DNA of 64,000 bases from Octopus sinensis (lineage: Eukaryota). The stretch is taken from positions 84,134,001 to 84,198,000 of the forward strand of contig NC_043005.1 in the NCBI RefSeq assembly GCF_006345805.1, written 5' to 3'. This document shows positions 24,735 through 39,534 of this stretch, piece after piece (the first letter of the stretch is position 1; the number at the start of each line of letters is the position of its first letter). A program made the position numbers and the translations under genes. The notes under the pieces are model-generated. The model saw nothing but the letters and a program-made list of their open reading frames with translations. It was not told the origin of the DNA and searched no databases.

Positions 24735-24963
24735 TTCTTTACTACCCACAAGGGGCTAAACACAGAGGGGACAAACACGGACAGACAAAGCGATTAAGTC
24801 GATTCCATCGACCCCAGTGCATAACTGGTACTTAATTTATCGACCCCGAAAGGATGAAAGGCAAAGTCGACCTCGGCGGAATTTGAACTCAGAACGTAAC
24901 GGCAGACGAAATACCGCTAAGCATTTCGCCCGGCGTGCTATGGTTTCTGCCAGCTCGCCACCT
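24735..24963 (-). mobile_element. SINE family B with LINE-like tail
   Basis: Near-identical to 35746-35977; ends TTTAGCCCCTTGTGGGTAGTAAAGAA. Confidence 0.85.
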
Positions 24964-24981
24964 TAACACACACACCCCATA

Positions 24982-25069
<88 letters not shown>

Positions 25070-25252
25070 GTGTTCGTGTGTGTATATATATATATTAAAA
25101 ATACAAATGGGACAAGAAGACGATACAAAAACACGGACGGGTCATTCGAAGCCTTTAATCTTCAGTCAAGAACCGGATCATCCTTACATTTCGGCTGATG
25201 AATCTTGAGATTGCTCCAATCTGGCCAGCCCCAAGGAAAAACTAAGCTAAGA

Positions 25253-25295
<43 letters not shown>

Positions 25296-25596
25296 TATTT
25301 CATTACAAGAGTTCTCTCTACAGGTACAGGCATGGCTGTACGTTAAGATGTTTCCTTCATAAATACATATTATCAAGCAGGTGTCTTTTACTATAGTGCC
25401 AGCACCAGGTTGACCGGTACTTTGTCCCTGCATTTGACAGACAAACTCACTGGAACTCCTTGAAAATTTGTCTGGCTGTCATCATAATCATTTAACATCC
25501 TTTTTCCATACTGGCATTGGTTGGATGCTTTGACTAGAGCTTGCATATATACATAAATATACATATATATATATATATATACACACGTATACATAC

Positions 25597-25628
<32 letters not shown>

Positions 25629-25799
25629 TTATACATACACAGACACACGCTTAAGTTGTAATAGGGAAGTCAAATAAAATACGTGTTTTGAAATAATTTG
25701 ATACGTGTCGCAGGTCTGTGTAAAATATAATAGGAAATACATCCATTACATAAGACTTTCCTTAGTTGAAGCATTGTGTGTGTGTGTGTGTGTATGTGT

Positions 25800-25958
25800 A
25801 TAGTTGAAATTTATAGAAAAACAAAAGACAAAGACAGGTGTAGGAACAACAAGAAAGTGTATTAGTTTGACACTCGGGGAAAAATGAAAATGTCTTTTAT
25901 GTTTCGAGCCTATGCTCTTCAGTAGAAAGTAATAAGAGAAAAAAACAGAGAGAGAATC
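25800..25958 (-). mobile_element. Solo PLE-LTR-like mini-element with minimal hammerhead motif
   Basis: CTTT-CTACTGA-A-GAGC-ATAG-GCTC-GAAAC-ATA-AAAG; homologous to 59760-59908. Confidence 0.6.
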
Positions 25959-27024
25959 ACACACACACCACACACACACACATATACAAACAAACACACA
26001 CACGCGCACACACACCTCGTCGTCATCATCACCCTCATCACTTGATGTCTGTTTTCTCTGATGGATGGTTTGACAGGAGCTGGCTAGGCCAGGAGCTACA
26101 CCTGGTTCCATGGTCTGTTTTGACACACTTTCTATACTTGGATACCCTGTCCTAATGCCAACCACTTTATAGAGTGTACTGGGTCCTTTTTATGTGGTAT
26201 CAGCACCAGTGCTTTTTATGTGGTACCAGCATCAGTGGTTTTTACATGCCACCAGTACAGAGAGGGTCATCAAGTACTTTACAAAACAAAACCCCTAGAG
26301 AGTAATATAAGAATCTTATAAAATAACTTATTTTTTAAGTGCGTATTTGAGGCAGAAATATGAAATTTTGATGTGAGGTTTAAATTTCATTCAGTTTAAA
26401 ACAGGAAATTTGTATCTTAGAACCAAAACTGGTTTCGAATGTGTTTGTATCAGAAATGTTAAGAAATAGGTTTTCCAAAGCTGAATTCCCCAGGCAAAGA
26501 AAGCAGTAATCTAACTTAATATTTTGTGAATCGGTACTGAAAGAGGAACAATGAATATATACAAGGATTTTTGAAAGAAATTCAGCACCTAACTCTTTCT
26601 TGGAGTTGTTATTGCTACAAGTCCGTCTATGAAACTTTTTTTTTCCTTCTTATTTATAAACCATGGCTTTCTCATTATAGAAATACTTCAAAGAATTTCA
26701 GAAAAAAAAAAGATAAGCATACAGACAGAGTAAACCATCTTGAAAGGCATAAATATAATTTACTATACATACATACATACATACATACATACATTCGTAT
26801 GTATGTATGTATGTATGTGTGTATATAAACATACTCATACTGAAAAGTTGCTCTTCTGTATGTATACCCCAATGTATATAATTGTGTGCTTATATATATA
26901 TATATATATTATATATATATATATTGAGTATGATATATGCTTATATATCATTCAAAATAATAAGTTCCACAAGATTTCAGCATTTGTGGTGTGGTGTGTG
27001 TGTATATATGTATGTTATATATAT

Positions 27025-27066
<42 letters not shown>

Positions 27067-27283
27067 GGTTATATACTATATATGTATATATATAATATGT
27101 ATATATATATATAATGTTGTCTATATATATATATATGTTTGTATATATATATATATATTATATATGTTTGTATATATATATATATATATATGTATGTATA
27201 TTATATATATATGTTTGTATATATATATAATATATTTATGTATATATATATATGTGTGTGTATATACATACATATATACATAT

Positions 27284-27315
<32 letters not shown>

Positions 27316-27383
27316 ATAGATATATATATATGTATGTATGTATACATATGTGCAAGCAAATATATATAGATGTCTGTACTTAC

Positions 27384-27628
27384 CATAGACACAGTATGCC
27401 CTCTGGTAGCTGATTGCTTCTATCCATCTCTCTATCTCTCGCGGACGACCAATGATGCTATTTATAAAGACCAACGTTAATCCGGTTAATCCAATTTGTA
27501 TCTGTCTCGGTGCAACATGGTAATTCCTGTCATTGTCCTCTGCCCTATATCGGTCAGAATGATGATCAACAGGGAAGCCTCTTTGGTTGATGACGGCGGT
27601 GAGAGCGGCGGTGGTAGTTCTGGTGGAA
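27384..27628 (-). other. Candidate host-gene exon (245 bp), product unknown
   Basis: Minus strand: branch-like TTCTAAT, pyrimidine tract TGTTTCTCTTCTGCAG acceptor, ATG|GTAAGT donor; non-repetitive island; one frame fully open. Confidence 0.6.
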
Positions 27629-28726
27629 CTGCAGAAGAGAAACAACAGCAATCATTAGAAACTTTCTGTCGGAGGAAGTGACCACTTTACCATGGTGGCG
27701 TTTCGTGTACAAGACATACAGGAATATCATGTACCAACGCCCCTCTTTCGTCTCAAAACTACGAGCTAAAATAACAACATTTCTGGTGGTGGTACTGTCT
27801 TCCTGTAGGATTCTTCACTCATATTCTTGCTCTTGTAGTTCTCATTATTATTGTCATTGTTGATGTTGTTATTATTATCATTATTATTACTATTATTATT
27901 ATTATTAATTAGTATGTCTTTACTTTCTCACCATTGTATTCCTAGAGATTATGTAGAGCTCTGTGTGTGTGTATGCGCATGTGCGTATGTATCTATATAA
28001 ACTTATATACATGTATTATATATATATATATATATATATACGTAGAAATACACCCCCACACACATATACAGACATATATACATATACACACATATACATA
28101 CATAAATATACACATATATATGAAGACAAACATATGCATATATATATACATACACAGACATATATATATACGTATATGTATACATATATGCTTACACACA
28201 TTTATAAACATACACACAAACATACATATGCATATACACACACACACACACCATATATATATATATACATATATACACACATGTATACACAGACATAAAT
28301 ATGCATACATATATACATATATCTAAGTATTCATACGTACATATATTAATATCTACACACCCAGACACACTTAGACAGATACACTTCAACAGTCATACAC
28401 ACACACACTCACCACACACACACACACACACTCACCACACACACACGCACACACACACACACACATTCTATGTCAATATGAGTAGGAAGGTAGGAGTATC
28501 TTGTTGAAGAAGGGTGTGTTTAAGCCTTGTTGATAGCTTTTATGTTTATCACCACACTTAGTGATGTGTGTGTGTGTGTGTGTGTGTGAAAAGGGAGAGT
28601 AAGAAAAAAGAAGATGAAAAAGTGAATAAGGTAGAAGATGGTGGGAAGGATGGCTGGAAGAGTGAACAGTATTTCAGATAAGGGGTGGATGTGAGCAGGA
28701 TATTCTGAACACTCTTTTTCATAATT

Positions 28727-29432
28727 TGGCTGTGTGGTTAAGAATCTCACTTTGTAGCCATGTGCTCCCTGGTTCAGTTCCACTGCATGGCACCTTGGGT
28801 AAATGTCTTAGGCTGACTGATGCCACGTGAGTGAATTTGGTGGCTGGAAACTGTGAGGAAGCTTGTCAATGCATGTGTGATTGTGTTTGTATTTGCCTCC
28901 CCCACCACCACCACAACCACCACCACTTGACAGCCAGGGTTGGGGGTTTGGTGAAAGAGGCCAGCAAGATAGATATCAGACTTAGAAACATAAAAGATGA
29001 GTATTGACTAAACCCTGCAAGGCAGTGCACCAGCATGGCCATGATCCAATGACTGAGACATGTAAAAAGAAGAGAAGATATATAGGTGCAGGCATGGCAG
29101 TGTGGTAAGATGTTTATTTCCCAAACACATGGTTCTAGGTTCAGTCCCACTGTGTGACACCTTGGGCAAGTGTCTTTTACTATAGCCTCGGGCTGGCCAA
29201 AACCTTGTGAGTGGGTTTGGTAGATGGAAACTGCAAGAAGCTCATTGTGTGTGGTGTGTGGTGTGTTGTGTGTGTGTCCCTCTACAGCTTGAAAATTGAT
29301 GTGGGTTTGGTAAAAAAGTGATAACCAGACTTTAAAAAACAAGTACTGAAGTCAATTCATTTGTTCAAGTAAGTCCCTTCAAGGTGGTGCCCCAGCATGG
29401 CCACAGTCTAATGACTGAAACAAGCCAAAGAT
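28727..29432 (+). mobile_element. Two consecutive diverged SINE family A copies
   Basis: Heads at ~28727 and ~29085 with A/B boxes; 3' CAGCATGGCC...TGACTGA motifs. Confidence 0.7.
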
Positions 29433-29869
29433 GAACATACACACACAAATATATAACTGATATATATATATATATATATGCCAGGCCTGCCTGACTGGCT
29501 CCCCTGCCAGTGGTATGTAAAAAGCACCATCTGAATGTGGCCGATGCCAGTACCTCCTGACTGACTCCAGTGCTGGTGGCACATAAAAAGTATTATCTGA
29601 ATGTGATCGATGCCAGGCCCACCTGACTGGCTCCTGTGCCAGTGGCATGTAGAAAGAACCCACTACACTCTCGGAGTGGTTGGTGTTAGAAACTCATTAG
29701 GTTATTTTTGTATAATGTATATATATATATATAATATTTAATACCTTGCAATGCATGTTTCCACGAATCACATGATTTTGACATCAAACTTAATGTCCTT
29801 GGGATTTGTACAGTATAGTTCATATTATCCACCCCTAACGTTACCGTAAATGAAATTAAAAGATATTAT

Positions 29870-29907
<38 letters not shown>

Positions 29908-30077
29908 TACTACTTTCAGGTTCTGTCTACCAAATCCACACAAAGATTTGTGTGGAAGACTTGCCCAAGGTTGACACACTGTGGGACTGAACTTGAGACA
30001 ATGTGGTTGAGAAGCAAACTTGTTAACCACACAGCCACACCTATGTATATATATGTATGTATATATATAGCCACACC

Positions 30078-30117
<40 letters not shown>

Positions 30118-30174
30118 CACACACACATATATATGTATGTATATATATATACATATAGATATATACATTTCAAA

Positions 30175-30385
30175 ATGTAACCACATGTGAATCGTTGGCA
30201 AGTTTTTTCCTCCATCTTCCTTTTCTCTTGGACTTTCCTTTGTCTCCTGTTTCCGATGAAGAGCTTTGCTCAAAACATAAAATCCATCTTTCTTTCCTTC
30301 CCTCAGCCTCTGCTAATACTTTGTCCCTATGTTGTTGTCTTTTTTTGTGCTTTTCTTCGTGTTTTTGGATTTACTATTTTATATA
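30175..30385 (+). mobile_element. Solo PLE-LTR-like mini-element with decayed hammerhead
   Basis: TTT-CCGATGA-A-GAGC-TTT-GCTC-AAAAC-ATA-AAA; homologous to 48855-49066; sits in (TA)n. Confidence 0.6.
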
Positions 30386-32106
30386 TATATATGTAAATGT
30401 ATGAACACACACACACACACATACATACATACATACATACATACACATACACACACACTGATTCAGACATAGGTGCACAAGCACACACGTCATCTTAACA
30501 ATGGTAATGATTAACATCAATGCATGTATGTGTAACACACACACACACACATACACACACACATGTATATATATGTAGAGAGAGAGAAGGAGGAAAGGAA
30601 GAGAAAGAACTGAGACATCATAAGGCGGTAGGCACTTAAAAAAGAAACAAACAATGAAGTAATAGGGGTGAGGGTGGGGTGGTCTATTGCTAACAATGAT
30701 ATCACCAGGGGAGATCCCCTAGTTTTTTTTTTGCTCTGTTTTAATCTTTGAAGCAATGGTTACTATTGTCATCAACAGTTGATAATGGCTAGATATTGGC
30801 TGACGATTATGACTCAGGGAACAGCCTTTTTTTTTCTTCTTTTTTTAGTCTTTTAGAACTCTCAGAATTACATGAGATTTTTTCTTTTCTTTTTGATGTC
30901 AGAAGGTGCTTTTAACTTATGAATATTAAGTTTTCATGACATCAGCATCAGTCTAATATTACCAATAGCACTAAGACCTACCAGACAGTACCAATAACTA
31001 CCAACACCACCATTAATAACGGCACTACCAACTAATTTAGGGGTTGGTAAATTTCTCATATTACTGACCCCCTTTCATGGAATTTTTCAGAACTTAATGA
31101 AACATCCCTGATTATAAATTTCTAAACTAAAATTGAAAAGCATAATTAGTGAAAAATTTCTTGATCTAAAAACAATAATTCCTTTGTTTGTTCTTGCATT
31201 TTTCCCCATTTTTTAATGAGAAATATTTAAAAGAAATTTAATGAAAACACTTAACGAAATTGATAAAGAACAATAATAATTCATTGATATTATATTGATA
31301 TATTTGGAATATTTAATGGAAAATATGTGTTTGGAGAATACTGATTACTATTACATCAATATTTGGTTGGTAATTAATGAGTTTTAGCCTTAAATTACTT
31401 CACTGTTAATGAAGGAAAGAAACAGCATAAATCTGTAAGAGTGTGGAAATTTAAATGGTAAGAAATTCACAGAAGGGTACTCAGGTGTCATGACCTGGAT
31501 TGGCCCAGCACCCTTAGAATATAAGAAGGGCCAAAACACTTGCTTGAGAGAGGTTTCTTTTCTGAAGACCCTCTGCTTTTTCAGCTCTCTTCACACTTTC
31601 TTACCAAAATCTAACAGAACCATACTATTTCTGTTCTTTGCTAAATGTGAATTTCCATGGCTTGATTTTTATAAAAAAATAAAATAAATTTCAAATTGTC
31701 CAACAAACTGAAACCAGTCTACAGTTATTGGTCAATAAATCCACACTAGTATTGACTGTCTGTATTACATTGTCTACATGCAGAGTGTACTCTTGTCCTT
31801 AATTGGTTCACCAATCAACTAGTTGGGGTTACAGGTTTACTAATCATATACCCACAATGGGATACCTGGTAAGGTATTTTGAATTTCCGTATTGTATTTC
31901 AGGTGGACCTTTTTAAATGGATCCACATGTTGAAACAACTGTAGCACCTTTAATGTTAAAAACTGTTTCACATGTTTATTGACCCCTTAGATAATAGTCA
32001 CATACACCCCAAAGGGTCAATATTGGCCACTGTATTTTGCCTGGTATGCTAACGATTCTGCCAGCTCACTGTCTTAGTGCTTTAAATAATAATAATAATA
32101 ATAATA

Positions 32107-32140
<34 letters not shown>

Positions 32141-32142
32141 CC

Positions 32143-32352
32143 TATATAATATAGGCACAAGGCTTGAAATTTTGGGGGAGTGGGGACCAGTCGATCATAT
32201 TGACCCCAGTCCTTGACTGATACTTAATCTATTGATCCTGAAAGGATGAAAGGCAGAGTCAACCTCAGTGGAATTTGAACTCAGAACATGGAGACAGACG
32301 AAATGCCATTAAGCATTTCGCCCAGCATGCTAATGATTGTGCCAGCTCACCG
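32143..32352 (-). mobile_element. SINE family B, (TTA)n tail
   Basis: Matches 5303-5518. Confidence 0.75.
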
Positions 32353-32542
32353 CACTACTACTACTACTACTACTACTATACTACTACTAATAATAATAAT
32401 AATGAATGGCATCTGGCATTAGTATGGGCATCCAGCTGTAGAAACTCTGCCAAATCAAGATTGAAACCTGGTGCAGCCATCTGGTTTGCCAGCCCTCAGT
32501 CATACGTCCAACCCATGCTAGCATGGAAAGTGGACGTTAAAC

Positions 32543-32581
<39 letters not shown>

Positions 32582-33321
32582 TAATGTACTTATTACAGAG
32601 TGCTCCGGTGCACTCCGACTTATTAGTAAAAGGTAAAAGAAGGATGAGGAAGCAGACATCAAATGAAGAAAGAGAGCCATGAAAGGCAAAAGTCTACCAG
32701 GAAAGGGAACGGTAAAAGAGGCATAAAGAGGAAAAGGAACCGAGGCAAGTCAGGGGTGATATTGGTGACTTGCAAGAAGCATGGAATTTTTGAAGGCTGC
32801 AGTATTGTGACAGCTAAGAAGTGATACGAATGGTTCATTTTGTGTTTATCTCATGCTTTGAGTGAGACATTTTCTGATATTCCCTGCAGTTCAGAAATTA
32901 TAGCTTATTTGAATGCACCTGAAGAACTTTTCATTGCTTCTCCAAAACTTTGAAGACCTTTTAAATGTATATTAGAACAAACCTCAGAGAACTAGCTCCC
33001 CATTCGATACTAAAGTTTGCTTTATTGTCAACAACAAACCAAATAAGGACATGGCACACGAAACATTTAATGTACAAGAGAACGAAATTGAATTAGAAAT
33101 GGTGAATCTAGGTGGCATGTTTATAAATTCTTGTAAACTTTGGTACTTTATCTCTATCTTAACAGGGGGTGAAAGGGAGGGGGAAAGGAGGGAGTAGGGG
33201 GGATAATTAATTGGTTTACTGAATGAAGGAAAACTGTTTTTGAATGGCAAAAGTCATTGAAACTGTAGATTAAGGATGATAAGACTTCATGAATGTATAA
33301 ATATCTAGATAGATGTATATC

Positions 33322-33364
<43 letters not shown>

Positions 33365-33923
33365 ACATATATACTCACATATGTGTATGTATGTATTTAT
33401 GTATGTATATATACACAAACACACATACACATGTTATATATATATATACCAACATAAACCTACACACAGGTATATATATATGTGTGTGTGTATGTGTGTG
33501 AGTGAGTGTAAATACAGATGTAACATGTTTGTACATATGTATGTATGTTTACTTGTATGTGTGTGTGTTTATTTATTTTTGTATGTATAAATGTATGTGT
33601 ATATGCATGTGTGTGTATAAGCATTGTATACCTTGTTGAGTGTACAATATTCTGCGTGATGCTTATGAGTGAGTGTATAGTGAACAAGGTGTGATTATAC
33701 TGTATATACATATGTTGTGTGTGAGCGCATAGTCAATATGAGATGACTGTAGTGTGTGTGTGTGTGTGTGTGTGTAGATTCTATATTGGAGATGTTGAAA
33801 CAGTAGAAAAAAAATTAAGAATAAACATTGTTAGTTAATAGTATAGAAAGAGATATGTATGTGTGTACGTGTATATATATATATTATATATATATATATA
33901 TATATACACCTAATAACATACAA

Positions 33924-33967
<44 letters not shown>

Positions 33968-33970
33968 CAT

Positions 33971-34003
<33 letters not shown>

Positions 34004-34011
34004 CACACATT

Positions 34012-34042
<31 letters not shown>

Positions 34043-34081
34043 CATCCATATACATACATACATATATATACACACATATAC

Positions 34082-34142
<61 letters not shown>

Positions 34143-34313
34143 CACTTATATACACACAGTAATATCTATTAGAATTTTGTCTATGTGTGTGTAAATACAT
34201 AAACAAATATATACAGATATGTACACCTACACAAATATATAAATGTCTATGTGTGTGTGTATATATATATAAATATATATATATATACACACACATGTAT
34301 TTCTATATCTGTT

Positions 34314-34344
<31 letters not shown>

Positions 34345-34785
34345 CAGTGAGTGTGTGCATATGTACATACAAAAATAATACATACAAAGATATGTGCATA
34401 CAAGTAAACATGTGTAGAAACATGTTACATCTGTATTTACACTCACACACACACACACATACATATGTATTTATTTAAGTAAACTTTTATATAATTACAT
34501 TTAAAGCAATATGATGCAGCTGATAGAATTTAAACGCAAACATGTGTGTGTGTGTACTTTGATGCAATTCTAGGTGTATCTATGTATATCCCTGTGTGTG
34601 TGTGCGTGTATTGTATGCAAGGATATAAACTGTAAAGTACATATACATCTATCAGTCTATCTATCTGTCTCTCTGTATGTCTCTCAATCTGTCTCTCTCT
34701 CTCTATCTATCTCTCTATCTCTCTGTCTGTCTATCTAGCTGTCTGTCTGTCTATCTGTCTGTCTGTCAGTCTATCTATCTGTCTC

Positions 34786-34824
<39 letters not shown>

Positions 34825-34937
34825 GTCTGTCTCTCTGTCTATCTGCCCGTCTGTCTGTCTGTCTATCTATCTATTTTCTGCCTGCCTACCTACCTACCTG
34901 CCTGCCAGCCTGTCTGTCTGTCCGTCAGTCTATTTCT

Positions 34938-36058
34938 ATGAATGAAGTGGTATCGAAAAGTTCCTGGACTATTCTTTTATTCTTTCACTTGTTTCAATCA
35001 TTTGACTGCGGCCATGCTGGAGCACCGCCTTTAGGTGAACAAATCAACTCCGGGACTTATTCTTTGTAAGCCTAGTACTTATTCTATTGGTTTCTTTTGC
35101 TGAACCGCTAAGTTACAGGGGTGTAAACACAGCAGCATTGGTTGTCAAGTGATATTGGGGGTGGGGGACAAACACAGACACACAAACATACACACACACA
35201 CACACATGCACACATGCACACACACATACACATGCACACACATACACACCATCATCATCATCATTTAACGTCTGTTTTCCATGCTAGCATGGGTTGGACG
35301 GCGTAACGGGTTTCTTCCAGTCTACCAAATCCACTCACAAATCTTTGGTTGACCTGAGGCTATAGTAGAAGACACTTGCCCAAGGTACCACACACTGGGA
35401 TTGAACCCAGGACCATGTGTTTAGTAAGCAAGCTACTTACCACACAGCCACACCTGCACTTAGTTATGTTGAATAAAGAATAACTTATTTACCTAAGTTT
35501 TAACATCATCTCCTTCAAAATAGTCACCTTGCAAGGCAATACACTGGTCCCAGTGTTCCTTGCCACTTTTGAAATCTGGTCTGGAAGTTGTTTTCTGTAA
35601 GTGAGTCGAGGACCTTCTGTGATTTGCTCAGGATCTCAACAATGGTACTAAAACAGCAACCTTTAAGCTGCATTTTCATCTAGAGGAAGAGATGGGAGTC
35701 TGCAAGTGCTAAATCTGGTGAATAAGGTGAATGTGGATGCGATACCTATTTCTTTATTACCCACAAGGGGCTAAACACAGCGGGGACAAACAAGGACAGA
35801 CATAGGTATTAAGTCGATTACATCAACCCCAGTGCGTAACTGGTACTTAATTTATCGACCCCGAAAGGATGAAAGGCAAGGTCGACCTCGGCGGAATTTG
35901 AACTCACAACATAACGCAGACGAAATACCGCTAAGCATTTCGTCCGGCGTGCTAACGTGTCTGCCAGCTCGCCACCTTTTGTGGATGCAATACCATGTTG
36001 TTTCTGGCGAAAGACTCACAAGTGAGGAACGCTTGCTGACAGGGTTCATTGTCGTCGT
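34938..36058 (-). mobile_element. Mariner (DD34D-type) 3' remnant interrupted by SINE A (34971-35458) and SINE B (35746-35977)
   Basis: Minus strand HDDN...SPYSPDLALADSHLF...LQGDYFEGD; TIR-like end ...GTGGTATCGAAAAGTTCCTGGACT; SINE B flanked by 14-bp TSD TGTGGATGC(G/A)ATAC. Confidence 0.8.
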
Positions 36059-36195
36059 TATACCATTCTGGGTTGTCCATTTGTCTAATGTTCTTCCTAG
36101 AGGTAAGACGAAATTTTTCATGTTCACTACCCTCACATGTCTTTGCCTGTATATCAGCTGATATTTCCAGTAAACATTAGTGTCTTGTTGTACCA

Positions 36196-36265
<70 letters not shown>

Positions 36266-36776
36266 GTTCTATGATGGTAATGAGAGTTAAAATGAACTGA
36301 AAAAGGCAAAGACTAAATAAGTATATATAGTTTACACAATTGGCTGGGTGTATGTGCCTAGTTAACTCTCTATCTCTGTACGTGTGTGTGAGTGTATACA
36401 TTATATATCTTCAGTTACACACCGAATTATAAACACATCTATACATACACACATATATACATATCTATGCTCATGCATATATATATGTATATATATGTAT
36501 TTATAGACATGCACACACATACAAATACATAGCACACACATACACAAACATACACAACAGGAGAGAGTGAGCGAGTGATATATGAATGCACACACATACA
36601 CACATGTATATACATACACACATGCACACACTCAATTTCTCACTTAGTGTTTATTTTTGCTGTTAGCAATCATTTTCTGCCAGTAAATTATTTATACTAA
36701 GCCATAATTCCATCCCCTCAACAACACACCAACAACCCCCACCTTCTCGACATTGAAATATAATTAAACATTTCAT

Positions 36777-36829
<53 letters not shown>

Positions 36830-37101
36830 GCATATATATATATATATATATATGCGTCTGTGCTGAGTCTCCAAAAACTGCAAGCTTCTGCTGTGCAGTT
36901 CCTTTGTGGTGTGGAAATCTATTAGCTATTGTTTGACAACAGCACCATTATTGTTGTTGATGTGGTTGTTAATGTAGTTGTTGTTGTTGTGTTTTGATGA
37001 TGTTAATGGTTGTAATAGTGATGATGGTTATCACACCAATGGGAACTTTGGTAGAGGTTGGGCTATTTTCTTGTTGATGTTAATGGTGAAATTACTCTGT
37101 C

Positions 37102-37132
<31 letters not shown>

Positions 37133-37169
37133 TACACATTGTTTAATGTCTGCCTTCCATGCTGGCATG

Positions 37170-37505
37170 ATATCATCATCATCATCGTTTAACGTCCGTT
37201 TTCCATGCTAGTATGGGTTGGACGGTTCGACTGGGGTCTGGGAAGCCAGGAGGCTGCATCAGATTCCAGTCTGATCTGGCAGAGTTTCTACAGCAAGATG
37301 CCCTTCCTAATGCCAACCACTCCGTGAGTGTAGTGGGTGGTTTTTACGTGCCACAGACAGAGGGGCCAGATGAGGCTGCCAAACGGCCACTATCAGTTGG
37401 TGCTTTTATGTGTCACTGACACGGACACCAATCAGGCGGCGCTGGCATCTGCCACGTTCAGACGGTGCTTTTAACGTGTCACCGGCATGGGTATCTTAAC
37501 TACAA
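37170..37505 (-). mobile_element. RTE 3'-UTR-only copy
   Basis: ~60-bp units, terminal domain and (GAT)n as in 7504-7800. Confidence 0.75.
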
Positions 37506-37527
37506 TGTATATATATATACACACATT

Positions 37528-37585
<58 letters not shown>

Positions 37586-38549
37586 TCTTACATATATATA
37601 AATACATCTATGAATACATATCTATGTAAATACATCTGTATTTACCTGTACCTGTCTCTCTCTCCCAATTTTTATATATCTTTGTTCATGTATATGTGTG
37701 TGTGTGTATGTATGTATGTGCGTGTGTGTTTCCCATGTTTGCAAGAGTCAGAGTTTACTGAGGCAAATTTTCTACACCTGGATGCCATTCCTGTTCCCAA
37801 TCGAGATAATACTTCCCCACGGCCAGACATGTTTTTGCACAAGATTGCATATGAGTGACTCTCATTTATCTTTTACTTGTTTCAGCCATTGGTCTGTGGC
37901 CATGCTGGGGCACCACCTTAAAGTGTTTAGTTAAAGAAAATCGACCCCAGTGCTTAATTGTTTGAAAGTCTGGTATCTACTCTACTAATCTCTTTTTGCC
38001 ATTACAGGGATGTAAACAAACCAACACTGATTGTTAACAGTAGGGGCTGAGACAAATGCAAATACACACACACATACATATGATGCTTTTGACATTTTTA
38101 ATCTGAAAGAATATTTACATGCTATTATTTATAACTTTATGTGCTTCAAGTTCCACAGTTAAGTATGAAAATATCTATGCTGGGCTTCCACACAGTTTCC
38201 ATGTCCCAAATTCACTCATGAGACATTGGTTAACCCAAAGCTATTATGAAAATCACTTGCCCAAGGTGCCTCACAGTGGGGTTGAACTTGAAGCCACATG
38301 GTTGCAAAGCAAGCTTCTTAACCACATAGCCGTTCCTGTGACTATGCAGTAAATGAACCCTAATCTCCAGATCACTGCAAAAATCTAAGACTTCTATGCC
38401 AACACCAAAGGAACTGGATGTCTGTCATCAACAGAAAATCTTCCATTTTAATAGAAACACAATCAGCCATAGAAGACAAGAGAAAGGTTTATGTCCACCA
38501 TTTTCACTGTCTCATCTCTCTCACTCACCCCTCTCTTTCTCTCTCATTC

Positions 38550-38581
<32 letters not shown>

Positions 38582-38593
38582 ATATGTGTGTGT

Positions 38594-38977
38594 GGAGGCG
38601 CAATGGCCCAGTGGTTAGGGCAGCAGACTCACAGTCATAGGATTGCGGTTTTGATTCCCAGACCAGGTGTTGTGAGTGTTTATTGAATGAAAACACATAA
38701 AGCTCCATGAGGCTCTGGCAGGGGGTTGTGGAAGACCCTGCTGTACTCTTTCACCACAACTTTCCCTCAGTTTTTCTTCCTGTTTCTCTTGTACCTGTAT
38801 TTCAAAGGGGCCAGCCTTGTCTGACTCTGTGTGAAGCTGAATCTTCCTGAGAACTACGACGTTAAGGGTACATGTGTCTGTGGTGTGGTCGGTCACTTGC
38901 ACATTAATTTCACGAGCTGGCTGTTCCATTGATCGGATCAACTGGAACCCTCGTCATTGTAACCAATGGAGTTCCAC
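38594..38977 (+). mobile_element. Full-length tRNA-derived SINE family E
   Basis: GGAGGCGCAATGGCCCAGTGGTTAGGGCAG A box; GGTTTTGATTCCC B-box-like. Confidence 0.8.
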
Positions 38978-39110
38978 ATATGAAAACAAGCAAGTTAAAT
39001 ATGCAAACAACGAGAAAAAAAATTTGAAAACAGGACAAGTAACACACAGAATGACCCTTCATCAGTTGTTGGCTGCCTATCTACTCCTCATTTTGAGCAT
39101 TCAACAACAG

Positions 39111-39147
<37 letters not shown>

Positions 39148-39467
39148 AATGTATGTATATATGAACGAATATACATACATATATTCATATAAGTATGTTT
39201 CTCCAATTGTATTTAAGTGGCTTATCACTGACAATTAACTAAGGTAATTAAAAGCAAATATTTTATGATAGATTAAATAGGTTTTATTAATGAGCTAGAA
39301 ACTGATCTTTTAAGCATGTTCTGTCTGTACATGTAGATAGTATGAATGTGTATGTGTGTGCAATATATGTTCATATATGTGTGTGTGTGTATATATATAT
39401 ATATTTGTGTGTGTGTGTATATATATGTGTGTGTGTATATTATATATGTGTGTATATATAGTGTGTG

Positions 39468-39531
<64 letters not shown>

Positions 39532-39534
39532 TAA

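Noticed and set aside
27496-27863. Plus-strand ORFs in the unique island
   Set aside because: Short, and splice signals support the minus strand instead
26740-28389. Numerous YIYI/CVCV/HTHT ORFs here and throughout the window
   Set aside because: Translations of (TA)n, (TG)n and (CA)n
32590-33300. Possible old CR1/L2 3' remnants or host exon
   Set aside because: No recognisable motif or convincing splice pair by eye
38594-38670. tRNA gene
   Set aside because: A tRNA-like SINE head that continues into the SINE body; degenerate B box, no proper acceptor stem
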